Positions 9,016 to 17,676 of a DNA stretch of 60,397 nt are shown here, one piece after another; the stretch's first letter is position 1, and every line of letters begins with the position of its first letter. Made by a program: the position numbers and the translations under genes. Source of the stretch: Patescibacteria group bacterium (GTDB taxonomy: Bacteria; Patescibacteriota; Patescibacteriia; Patescibacteriales; UBA12465); NCBI GenBank assembly GCA_041650715.1, contig JBAZKQ010000003.1, positions 1-60,397 of the forward strand, in the 5' to 3' direction. The notes under the pieces are model-generated. The model saw only the letters and a program-made list of their open reading frames with translations. It ran no database searches and was not told the origin of the DNA.

Positions 9016-9057
9016 TTACTCTATCTATTAAAAAAGCCCGATATTTTAAATCGAGCT

Positions 9058-9732
9058 TCAAAATGTGTCTTGGCTTTTAAATCGACGGTAATAGTAATAA
9101 AAAAACATACCACCGATAATAGTTGTCCCGCTTGAAATCGCAATTCCAAAATCGCCAATCTTCCATCCGTAAAATAGCCAAATGCTTGAACCGGCAATGA
9201 TTGAAAGAATAAACCTCGGCTCAATGTTACGTACTTTTTTAGTACGAAATAATTCGCGCACAAGATGGGTAAATACAAACAAAGCTAAGACGAGAACAAC
9301 CAGTAGAGACCACTCCTCTTTAATGAAGAGTATGCAGGGAATTACTAAAACAAAAAATGGCGAAAAAAGGAGCTCTTTTCTGAAGCTACCATTTTCCTTC
9401 AGCTTAAACTTGATTAACCCTGCAATAATTGGTAGGAAAAAGAATCCGACCAAATTATTTAGGATTATCGATCCGCTGCCAATTTTAATTCCGTAAATAA
9501 GATACGACATGAAGTAAAAAAATTGAAAGGCAAAGAAAGTTAATGGCAGTGTTTCGCCGGATTGATTTTGCCAAATCTTTTTACTCTGTTTAAGCATTCC
9601 CCAGGCTTGAATAATAGCCGTTAGTAAAGCAATTAAAACAACTATACTAACGGAAGTGAAGTGTCCGTGCTCAATAAAGTCACGGTATTCAATAAGCCCC
9701 TGAAAAAAATTTACTAAGTTTTTAAAGACCAT
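9058..9732 (-). CDS. 7-TM membrane protein, apparent tandem PQ-loop/MtN3 (SWEET-like 3+1+3) architecture
   Basis: 224 aa with two internal repeats, each having a basic loop after TM1 and W/Y-x-x-YG (KQSKKIWQNQSGETLPL...YLIYGIKIG; RTKKVRNIEPRFIL...WLFYGWKIG). Assignment by eye only. Confidence 0.45.
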   Translation of the reverse strand: MVFKNLVNFFQGLIEYRDFIEHGHFTSVSIVVLIALLTAIIQAWGMLKQSKKIWQNQSGETLPLTFFAFQFFYFMSYLIYGIKIGSGSIILNNLVGFFFLPIIAGLIKFKLKENGSFRKELLFSPFFVLVIPCILFIKEEWSLLVVLVLALFVFTHLVRELFRTKKVRNIEPRFILSIIAGSSIWLFYGWKIGDFGIAISSGTTIIGGMFFYYYYRRFKSQDTF

Positions 9733-10042
9733 TTTGCTAATTGTATATTAGTATATTCCGCCAAATTTTGGAGATTGTCAAATATAATTTGGGATCAAAT
9801 AAAGTAATCAACAGGGAAGCTATTTAAGTCTACAATTTTGTAGACCGAAGTTAATATATTAACTAATATTAGCATAATTACGGTTTCGGATAAAGTGTGC
9901 ATAAGCTGTTCGTATGTCGAATTTAATTACTAACATTTAAATAAAAAAATAAATACGCCGACCTTAAACAGCCTTAGACTCAGTTTGCTTTTAGGTCTAA
10001 ATCAATTTATAATTAAATGGTAATTTATTTAAATTATTATTT

Positions 10043-10981
10043 ATGTACGATTTAATTATAATCGGTTCAGGCCCGGCAGGAATGACAGCGGGCCTATACG
10101 CCGTCAGGCGTGAAATGAAGACTTTAATTATTGGTAAAGAGGTGGGTGGCCAAATGGTTTGGGCGAGCGATGTAGAAAATTATCCTGGATTTGAAAAAAT
10201 ACCGGCCTTCGAATTAATAACGAAGTTTAAAGATCAAACTTTACATTCCGGGGTAGAAATGAAAGATGATGAAGTTAAGAGGGTAGAACAAACAACAGAG
10301 GGGACTTTTTTGCTTCATACCAATAAAGAGACATTCGAGGCCAAAACGGTGATTGTGGCCATGGGCTTGTCGCCGCGTCGCTTGGCAGTCGATGGTGAAA
10401 TGGAATTTACCGGTCGCGGTGTTTCTTATTGCGCCAATTGCGATGGCCCCTTTTTTCGCCAGAAAACAGTGGCGGTGATAGGTGGAGGGAACTCGGCGCT
10501 TGACGCGGCAGAAGTATTATCAAAAATTGCGAGTCAGGTTTATCTTGTCCATCATGGACCCAGCTTTAAGGCATTTGATGCTTTGGTCGCGGAAGTTAAA
10601 TCGCATACTAACATCGAGATTTGCTTAAATAGTGAATTAAAACAAATAGCGGGGAAGGATAATGTCGAAAAAATAGTGGTCCGCGATGTGCTAACTAATA
10701 AGGAACGTGAAATCGCGCTGGATGGCGTCTTTATTGAGGTTGGGCGCATTGCCAGCACCGACCTCGTGGCGGAATTTGTGGATCGCAACGAAAAAAATCA
10801 GATTATAGCCAATAGCAAGACACAAACAAAAACTCCGGGCTTATTTGCGGCGGGAGATGTGACCGATTGCGAGTTCAAGCAAATCACCATTGCTATGGGG
10901 CAGGCAACGGTCGCCGCTTTAAGCGCCTATCAATATCTACAATTAAAATCCGGGCAATCTTTTGTCGCCAAGAACTATTAA
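10043..10981 (+). CDS. trxB: Thioredoxin-disulfide reductase
   Basis: GSGPAG FAD motif, redox-active CANCDG, GGGNSA NADPH motif, GLFAAGD. Confidence 0.9.
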   Translation: MYDLIIIGSGPAGMTAGLYAVRREMKTLIIGKEVGGQMVWASDVENYPGFEKIPAFELITKFKDQTLHSGVEMKDDEVKRVEQTTEGTFLLHTNKETFEAKTVIVAMGLSPRRLAVDGEMEFTGRGVSYCANCDGPFFRQKTVAVIGGGNSALDAAEVLSKIASQVYLVHHGPSFKAFDALVAEVKSHTNIEICLNSELKQIAGKDNVEKIVVRDVLTNKEREIALDGVFIEVGRIASTDLVAEFVDRNEKNQIIANSKTQTKTPGLFAAGDVTDCEFKQITIAMGQATVAALSAYQYLQLKSGQSFVAKNY

Positions 10982-11000
10982 TTATTGCTATAATGTAATT

Positions 11001-12284
11001 ATGACAACAAAGAGCATTAATTTAATTGCAGCCGACATGGGTTACGGCCATCAGCGGGCGGCTTACCCGCTCCTTGATTTGTCCGGCGGCGAGATTATTA
11101 CTATAAATAATTACCCCGGCATTCCCGAATGGGAAAAGAAATATTGGATTAATAGTTTGCGCTCGTACGAGAGAATATCGCGCTTTAAAAAAGTTCCTAT
11201 TTTAGGGCCGGCCGTTTTTAGAATAATGGATAACTTTCAAAAAATCGGAAACTTTTATCCGTTTCGAGATTTGTCCGCCCAGTCGACCCAACAAAAATTT
11301 TTTTTTCGGGCGATTCGAGCCGGCTTGGGGAAACATCTAATTAGCAAGCTAAATTCCAGTGGCTTACCATTCTTAACGACTTTTTTTGTAGCCGCCTATA
11401 TTGCGGAATACCATCAGTATAAAGGAGATATTTATTGCTTAGTCTGTGATACAGATGCTTCACGCGCCTGGGCGCCGCTCGACCCAAAAAATAGTCGTAC
11501 TAAATTCTTAGTGCCAAGTGAAAAAGTAAAAGAAAGATTCTTAATGTACGGAGTAAAATCGGAAAATATTATAATCAGCGGTTTCCCTTTGCCGAAAGAA
11601 AACGTGGGCGCAAATAAAGAAATTTTAGAAAATGATTTGGCACGGCGCGTTAAACTACTTGACCCATCGGGACGCTATCAGGATCTTTATCAGTCGCTCA
11701 TAGAAAATGTTTTGCCGGAATCTGATGAAAAGGCGGAAGCAGGGACGAGACCGCTTACTTTAAGTTTTGCTGTGGGCGGTGCCGGTGCGCAAAAAGAAAT
11801 TGGCGGTATAATTTTGAATAAATTATTACCTCAAATTAAAGCGGGACAATTGCGGCTTAACTTAATTGCCGGCAATCGTCCGGAGGTACGGCAATATTTT
11901 TTAGAACAGCTGCGGCTTAATAATTTGACTGAAGGGACTAAGGTGCGCATAATCTACGCGCCCGATAAAATTGAATATTTCAAAAAATTTAATTTGAGCT
12001 TACGGGAAACGGATATACTTTGGACAAAGCCCTCGGAGCTTTCTTTCTATTGTGCTTTAGGATTGCCAATTATTATGTCAGTGCCGGTCGGTTCGCAGGA
12101 AGACTATAACCGACAGTGGCTCCAAACAATCGGCGCTGGCGTTGATAGCCTTGATCCGAAATACGTTGACGAGTGGTTGCCTGATTTTTTGAAGTCGGGA
12201 AGACTGGCACGCGCGGCGATGGACGGATATTTGAATGCCGAGCAAATGGGTGCTTACAATATTGAGAAGATAATTAGCGATTAA
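11001..12284 (+). CDS. Putative GT-B-fold glycosyltransferase-like protein (MGDG-synthase/UgtP-like N-terminus)
   Basis: AADMGYGHQRAAYPL resembles the GxGH..AA N-terminal motif of the MGDG synthase/MurG-like family. Start set at ATG 11001 to avoid overlap with trxB. Confidence 0.4.
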   Translation: MTTKSINLIAADMGYGHQRAAYPLLDLSGGEIITINNYPGIPEWEKKYWINSLRSYERISRFKKVPILGPAVFRIMDNFQKIGNFYPFRDLSAQSTQQKFFFRAIRAGLGKHLISKLNSSGLPFLTTFFVAAYIAEYHQYKGDIYCLVCDTDASRAWAPLDPKNSRTKFLVPSEKVKERFLMYGVKSENIIISGFPLPKENVGANKEILENDLARRVKLLDPSGRYQDLYQSLIENVLPESDEKAEAGTRPLTLSFAVGGAGAQKEIGGIILNKLLPQIKAGQLRLNLIAGNRPEVRQYFLEQLRLNNLTEGTKVRIIYAPDKIEYFKKFNLSLRETDILWTKPSELSFYCALGLPIIMSVPVGSQEDYNRQWLQTIGAGVDSLDPKYVDEWLPDFLKSGRLARAAMDGYLNAEQMGAYNIEKIISD

Positions 12285-12301
12285 TTATTTATTTTTTATT
12301 T

Positions 12302-13237
12302 ATGTCTTGGATTCTGGTTGCCCTCTTAGCCTATTTTTTTCTGGCCTGCGCCAATTTATTCGATAAGTTTTTGGTGGATAACGTGGTTTCAAGCAGCCAG
12401 GCCTATGCTTTTATTGCCTGTCTGATGGGTGCCTCAGTCGTAGTCGCCGCTCCCTGGCTTTTACAGTGGCCGGGTTTTTATTGGTTAATTCTCGACTTGC
12501 TTAGTGGCGCTGTTTTTGCCGTTGCCCTATGGCTTTTATACGAGGCGCTAAGGCGCGGTGAAGCTTCTCAGACTCTCGTCTTTGTGGGCGCGCTCACACC
12601 AATTTTTTCCATTATATTCTCGATGGTGTTTTTTAAAGAACACTTTTCAACCTTGGAGTGGTTTGGTTTTGCCACTTTAATTTCCGGTTCACTTATAATT
12701 GCCTTACTCCCCAAAGATAAAAACTTGTTTGCCCGCCTCATGCTTAAGTTAAGGATAACGCAAAACATTAAATCGGGCTCCCTGCTTATTGCCCTGTTTG
12801 CCGCCTTGGCCTACTCAGTATATTTTATAGCTTCTAAATATACTTATAGCGCCCAACCTTTTGCGAGCGCCTTTATTTGGAATAGGTTGGGGGCGGCTAT
12901 TTTCGTTTTGTTATTTTTAATTCGCAAAAGAGATCGGGAAAAAATATTCGGTGCTTTCCAGAAACCGAAACATAATAAACATAAGGTGTTAGTTTTCTTT
13001 AACCAGATTATGGGCTCTTTGGGATTCGTCTTGCAGAACTACGCGATTTTTCTTGGTTCGGTTGCGCTGGTTAATGCTTTCCAGGGAGTGCAATATGCGT
13101 TTATTATTATTCTCAGTTCGATTTTGGCAGTTTTGTCTCCTAAATTACTTAAAGAAAAATTTTCCTGGCGTAGCTTTTTGCAAAAAGCCGCTGCGGTTGG
13201 CGTCATTGGTTTGGGAATATATTTTATAATGGTTTGA
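12302..13237 (+). CDS. EamA/DMT-family transporter
   Basis: 311 aa, ~10 TM segments in two EamA-like halves. Confidence 0.7.
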   Translation: MSWILVALLAYFFLACANLFDKFLVDNVVSSSQAYAFIACLMGASVVVAAPWLLQWPGFYWLILDLLSGAVFAVALWLLYEALRRGEASQTLVFVGALTPIFSIIFSMVFFKEHFSTLEWFGFATLISGSLIIALLPKDKNLFARLMLKLRITQNIKSGSLLIALFAALAYSVYFIASKYTYSAQPFASAFIWNRLGAAIFVLLFLIRKRDREKIFGAFQKPKHNKHKVLVFFNQIMGSLGFVLQNYAIFLGSVALVNAFQGVQYAFIIILSSILAVLSPKLLKEKFSWRSFLQKAAAVGVIGLGIYFIMV

Positions 13238-13238
13238 T

Positions 13239-14285
13239 ATGAAAAAAAAAGAGCACTATAAGCGCACAAAATTAAGTCAGCGTAAATTTAAAATTATGCT
13301 TTGGCTACTTATTCCAATTTTAATTGGTTTTTTATTTTTTTATTTTTTTAAATTAGCGACGAATTTCCCTTGGCGGCAGAACTTAGAGTATCGAACGGGA
13401 TACTTCGGAGTAACCTTCTCCACTAAATTTTCTTCGGAGCTGGGCCTCGATTGGCGTGAAGTTTATTTAGCGATTATTGATGACTTGGGCGTTAAGGAGA
13501 TAAGACTGCCGATTTATTGGGACCAAATCGAGACCGCGAGTGGAGTTTATGATTTTTCGGACTATGATTATATTATTTCCGAAGGCGCAAAAAGAAACGT
13601 AAAATTTATTGCTAATATTGGTTGGCGTTTACCACGTTGGCCGGAATGCCACGCGCCGGAATGGGCGGAAAAGAAAAGCCTGGCAGCAACCCAGGCGAAC
13701 GCACTTAGAATGTTAGATAAAGTTGTTAATCATTATAAAGATGAGCCAAGCATAGTCGCTTGGCAGCTTGAAAACGAGCCTTTCTTTAATGCCTTCGGCG
13801 TGTGCCCCCCGAGTGACGAAAATTTTTTTAAGGCCGAGCTCGCAACTGTAAAAAAATTAGACAATCGTCCGGTAATGGTTTCCGCAACAGGAGAACTGAG
13901 CTGGTGGGAAAAAGAGGCTAAATATGGCGACTGGTTCGGCAGCACGCTTTATCGGGTTGTCTGGGGCCCTTACACCGGTTATTTCCGCTATCCCATTCCT
14001 GCCTGGTTTTACAATTTAAAGGCTTATCTGGCCGGTATAAAGCCCCAAAATCGGTATATTATAGAACTTCAGGCCGAGCCCTGGGTGCCTGAGGGAAATA
14101 TGATATATTTATCGCCGGAAGAGGCGGCTAAATCATTTAATCTCGAACAGTTTAGAGCTAATCTGCAATTTGCCATAAATGTGAATTTTAATAAAGCATA
14201 TCTTTGGGGGGTAGAATGGTGGTACTATCAGTATAAGAACGGCGACAAGGCTTATTGGGAACTCGCGCGAACCCTATTTAAATAA
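13239..14285 (+). CDS. Membrane-anchored clan GH-A (TIM-barrel) glycoside hydrolase-like protein
   Basis: N-terminal TM segment. IRLPIYWDQIE and VAWQLENEPF (NEP acid/base motif typical of GH5/GH42-like enzymes). Confidence 0.55.
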   Translation: MKKKEHYKRTKLSQRKFKIMLWLLIPILIGFLFFYFFKLATNFPWRQNLEYRTGYFGVTFSTKFSSELGLDWREVYLAIIDDLGVKEIRLPIYWDQIETASGVYDFSDYDYIISEGAKRNVKFIANIGWRLPRWPECHAPEWAEKKSLAATQANALRMLDKVVNHYKDEPSIVAWQLENEPFFNAFGVCPPSDENFFKAELATVKKLDNRPVMVSATGELSWWEKEAKYGDWFGSTLYRVVWGPYTGYFRYPIPAWFYNLKAYLAGIKPQNRYIIELQAEPWVPEGNMIYLSPEEAAKSFNLEQFRANLQFAINVNFNKAYLWGVEWWYYQYKNGDKAYWELARTLFK

Positions 14286-14288
14286 TTT

Positions 14289-14993
14289 ATGATTTCAATT
14301 ATAATCCCAACTTTAAACGAGGAACATTATTTACCCTTGCTGTTAGAGGCAATCAAAAAACAAAAATTTTCCGACTATGAGATTATTGTTTCCGACGGCG
14401 GCTCAAAAGATAACACCCAAGCGATTGCGCGCGACTATGGTTGTCGTTTTGTTAGCGACACGGAACACCATCATCCCGCGTGGCAAAGAAATAATGGCGC
14501 GGCAGTCGCCCAGGGAGACGTGTTGGTTTTTTTGGATGCCGATACAATGTTACAAGCCGATTTCTTGGAAAAAGTGATCGCGGAATTTTATGAGCGAAAA
14601 TTGAGTGGCGCTGGTTTTTACATAAAATTTAATCCTAATCGTCCCGCTTATAATATTTACTCGTTTTTATATAATATTTTTTGCTACCCCCGACAATTTT
14701 TTGCGCCCGCCTCAATCGGAGCCGGTATTGTTGCGCGCCGTGAAGCGCACGAAGCAATCAAGGGCTTTGATACTGGGCTTTTCTTGGCGGAGGATTATGA
14801 TTACTGCTATCGCTTATCCCGCTTGGGAAAATTTCGGATGATAAAATCTTGCCGACTGCTATATTCATCGCGGCGGCTTCTAAAAGAGGGCGCGTTGAAA
14901 GTGGGTTTAAAATGGGGACTGATGGCCGTCTATACGTTATTTAATTTTCGTATTAAAAAAAGTATTGTAAAATATGATTTTGGAAAATTTTAA
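14289..14993 (+). CDS. Glycosyltransferase family 2
   Basis: ISIIIPTLNEE...VSDGGSKDNT...FLDADT (DxD). Confidence 0.85.
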   Translation: MISIIIPTLNEEHYLPLLLEAIKKQKFSDYEIIVSDGGSKDNTQAIARDYGCRFVSDTEHHHPAWQRNNGAAVAQGDVLVFLDADTMLQADFLEKVIAEFYERKLSGAGFYIKFNPNRPAYNIYSFLYNIFCYPRQFFAPASIGAGIVARREAHEAIKGFDTGLFLAEDYDYCYRLSRLGKFRMIKSCRLLYSSRRLLKEGALKVGLKWGLMAVYTLFNFRIKKSIVKYDFGKF

Positions 14994-15396
14994 AATAAAA
15001 AAGTTCCGCGCGGAACCGACGGAAATTTTACGCTTGTTTTTGGCCGTCGTTTTTTTGTCGGCTGGGATTTTTCGAATTTTTAATCCTGGTGCGGCGACGG
15101 AAGAATTCTCCGCTTTGCGTTTGCCCTTATTTTTAGCACCTTTAATGATTATATTTGAAATTATCGCCGGTTTATTACTGCTTTTTAATCGTTTCACGAA
15201 ACAAGTTTATTATGGCTTGATCATGTTTATGATTATCGTCCTGGGCTGGTCCTTTATACTTAGCGGCGGAACTTTAATCAGAGAGGCCGGCGAACTATTC
15301 GTTTTTAATTTAAATCCGACTGATTTCTTTTTGCATTTTGTATTTTTAATCATAGCTATAGTTTTATTAATTAGGATGAAACAAAGTAGAGGGTAA
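14974..15396 (+). CDS. DoxX-family membrane protein
   Basis: 140 aa, 4 TM segments, LRLFLAVVFLSAGIFRIFNP is a DoxX-like N-terminus. Confidence 0.55.
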   Translation: MILENFKIKKFRAEPTEILRLFLAVVFLSAGIFRIFNPGAATEEFSALRLPLFLAPLMIIFEIIAGLLLLFNRFTKQVYYGLIMFMIIVLGWSFILSGGTLIREAGELFVFNLNPTDFFLHFVFLIIAIVLLIRMKQSRG

Positions 15397-15493
15397 GGGG
15401 AATTCCGCCTCACTCGCTCGCCGTCTGTCCGATTCCCCTTCATAGTCTTGTCAAAATAAAAAGAACAAGCTTTCGCTTGCCCTTTTTATTTTG
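15391..15493 (-). repeat. tRNA-Gly-derived cassette: long-stem terminator, inverted T-arm copy, GC-rich core, direct copy of tRNA 3' end
   Basis: Hairpin 15452-15493 (19-bp stem, 2 G-U pairs) abuts the tRNA 3' end. 15427-15440 is an exact 14-nt inverted copy of tRNA 15501-15514. 15391-15403 is an exact 13-nt direct copy of 15497-15509. The GC-rich core has GCGAG repeats. Confidence 0.65.
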
Positions 15494-15565
15494 AGCGGGT
15501 AAGGGGAATCGGACCCCTCTCATAAGGTTGGAAACCTTAGGTAATAACCACTATACGATACCCGC
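15494..15565 (-). tRNA. tRNA-Gly (anticodon TCC)
   Basis: 72-nt cloverleaf: acceptor GCGGGTA/TACCCGC, anticodon loop TTTCCAA, T-arm AGGGG-TCCGATT-CCCCT. Confidence 0.85.
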
Positions 15566-15615
15566 AGGGAATAAGTTTACCGCTATATCTTATAAAATAA
15601 ACGTTCTAAAGTCAA

Positions 15616-16797
15616 TTATTTCGTATCTTTAATCGAGGCGACAAAAGCAAAACCGGATAAGCTAACTATAGCGATAATCAAAAATAAATAGTTTAAAGGC
15701 AGAAAGGTAAGGGTTAAAACGGCAATTGCCGGCCCGATAATATAGCCGAGGGGCGCGGTTGTGCGAAAAATATTAATATATCCCACGTCTTTGGCGTCTA
15801 CTATTTTAAAGAAATAAGTCTCTTTCATGGCTTCGATAAGTGCAGCCCCGATGCGGCTCATAAATAATACCAGGGCCCAAATCCAGAAAGTTGAAACCGA
15901 GATGTAAAAAAAGAGAAATAACGAGGCTACGAGAATAAAGAAACCTAAAAATAGGATTTCTTTTTCACCGATATATTTATCGGCCAATATGCCGGCCGGA
16001 ATTTCAAATAATAAGAAGGGAATAAGCATAATAGAAAAGATCAGGCTTAATGACTGCCAGCTCATGCCGAGATTTTGAAAAAGATATATGGGCACATAGA
16101 CGACGGCAGTGCTATAAAATAGCTGAAGCAGCAAAGAGACAAAGAAAATACCGCGTAAATTTCTATTTTTTAATGTCTTTTTAATAACGCTTGCTATTTT
16201 TTCGCGTGAATAAATAACCTTCTCCTTCAAGAGCCTGCCCTGGTAAAGAAAAATTAAAAAAACTGGTATCGTTAAAAAAGCAGCGATTAAAAAGGGTAAT
16301 TGGTAGTCGCCAAGTTTAATCAGGTAGCCGGCGAGCGAGGGCGAGATAATCCAGCCCAAATTAATAAAAGTAAAATATACCGTTCGGGTGCGCCCGGTTG
16401 ATTTGTTATTAGAAAAAGTTTCAATTAGGACATCCATATTTATCCAGAGCAAGTTGGTGGATATGGTAAAGAGAATGACGGCTAAAAATGCGGATAGCGG
16501 GCCGCTTGTCACTACCAACCCGAGCAGGGCAACGCCATGAATAACTAAAATAACCTTAGTCAGAAAAAAATTACTGAGAGACTTAATCAGTTTCGGAAAA
16601 CTAACAATACAAAAGACGGTAATAGTGTTGGCAAAAATAAAGAAAAAGCTCAAAGTTCGCAAACTGACGAATTCCGCTAAAAAATTCGATTGAATATAGG
16701 CGGGTAGTGCCGAAGAAATAGCCAAAACAAAGCCGAGGAAATACAAAATCAATAAACTTAAACGTTTTGTCGTGTTAGTTATTTTTCGTTTTGGCAT
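15616..16797 (-). CDS. MFS transporter
   Basis: 393 aa, ~12 TM segments, 6+6 arrangement with a central basic loop. Confidence 0.7.
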   Translation of the reverse strand: MPKRKITNTTKRLSLLILYFLGFVLAISSALPAYIQSNFLAEFVSLRTLSFFFIFANTITVFCIVSFPKLIKSLSNFFLTKVILVIHGVALLGLVVTSGPLSAFLAVILFTISTNLLWINMDVLIETFSNNKSTGRTRTVYFTFINLGWIISPSLAGYLIKLGDYQLPFLIAAFLTIPVFLIFLYQGRLLKEKVIYSREKIASVIKKTLKNRNLRGIFFVSLLLQLFYSTAVVYVPIYLFQNLGMSWQSLSLIFSIMLIPFLLFEIPAGILADKYIGEKEILFLGFFILVASLFLFFYISVSTFWIWALVLFMSRIGAALIEAMKETYFFKIVDAKDVGYINIFRTTAPLGYIIGPAIAVLTLTFLPLNYLFLIIAIVSLSGFAFVASIKDTK

Positions 16798-17596
16798 GAG
16801 GATTAAAAATTAATAGCAGGACCGAGGCTATGATAATTATCAAGCTCATTAGCTGCGGCCAACGCAGTCCCAAAAAACTTGGCGCCTCATCCAGGCGGAT
16901 GAATTCAAGTGAAAATCTTAGTATCGAATATGATACCATATAAAAGGCGATGAGCCAAACAGAATAAAAATCACTCAGCTTATTTTTTTTGATCAAATAG
17001 ATATTTGCGCCCAGAAGAATAAGAAAAATCAGAAAACATCCGAGACTCTCATATAAAAAAGTTGGTTGGAAATAAGTTGAACTTAAATAAGCGTAGGGGC
17101 GGTTGATTAGCGCGATCGGGATTCCCCAAGGTAGGGAGGTCGGTAAGCCAAATATTTCTTGATTAAAATAATTACCCCAGCGACCGATGGCTTGACCTAA
17201 GGCCAGACCAGGTAGCAAAACTGATATCAGGGCTAAGAGTGATAGTTTATGACGCCGCGCAAAAAAATAAATAGTAATTAGTCCGGCGATGATAGCGCCG
17301 TGAATAGCCAGCCCGCCCTGCCAAATTTTTATCGAATCGAGCGGATGAGCAAGATAATAAGGAAGCTGTAATAAATCATCATAAATCCGAGCGCCGATAA
17401 GACCAAAAATTATGAGCCAGAAAGCGAGATCAAACAGCTTGTCCGAATCTATGTGATAGTACTTGGCCAGCTTAAGACCAAGGAAGAGGGCGCACAAAAT
17501 AGCAATAACCATAAATAAACCATACCAATGAATTTGGAGGGGGCCAAAGGCAAATAATATCGCCCGGGGTTCAAAGTTGTGGAGCCAATTGATCAT
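16775..17596 (-). CDS. lgt: Prolipoprotein diacylglyceryl transferase
   Basis: IHWYGLFMV, GARIYD, GGLAIHGAIIAG, GRWGNYFNQEIFG signature. Confidence 0.9.
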   Translation of the reverse strand: MINWLHNFEPRAILFAFGPLQIHWYGLFMVIAILCALFLGLKLAKYYHIDSDKLFDLAFWLIIFGLIGARIYDDLLQLPYYLAHPLDSIKIWQGGLAIHGAIIAGLITIYFFARRHKLSLLALISVLLPGLALGQAIGRWGNYFNQEIFGLPTSLPWGIPIALINRPYAYLSSTYFQPTFLYESLGCFLIFLILLGANIYLIKKNKLSDFYSVWLIAFYMVSYSILRFSLEFIRLDEAPSFLGLRWPQLMSLIIIIASVLLLIFNPHAKTKNN

Positions 17597-17676
17597 GTTT
17601 AAATTTTAGCAAGTTTAGAGCCGGCGAGCAACTGGTTTTTATAACAAAAACAATGACTAAAAGCCATTGTTATTTG

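Noticed and set aside
8672-9020. GC-rich islands as tmRNA, RNase P RNA or SRP RNA
   Set aside because: Checked by eye. There is no tmRNA-style T-arm followed by an acceptor 3' strand paired to a 5' GGGG strand, and no tag ORF ending in an Ala-Ala stop. There is no RNase P GAGGAAAGUCC / ACAGAA..GGCUUA conserved region. There is no SRP GGAA tetraloop with the AGCA symmetric-loop motif. The cores are also too short for tmRNA or RNase P.
8571-9061. Four overlapping ORFs (8571-8927 -, 8580-8879 +, 8597-8851 +, 8876-9061 -) across tRNA-Ala and the GC-rich islands
   Set aside because: They overlap a bona fide tRNA and each other on both strands. Their Arg/Gly/Pro/Ala-rich translations are typical of GC-rich non-coding sequence, and they have no SD or family motif. 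The region is better explained as structured non-coding DNA/RNA.
10962-11000. Upstream extension of the GT-like ORF overlapping the end of trxB
   Set aside because: The extension (MSPRTINYCYNVI) overlaps the trxB stop region. ATG 11001 gives a clean 19-nt intergenic spacer and a conserved-looking N-terminus.
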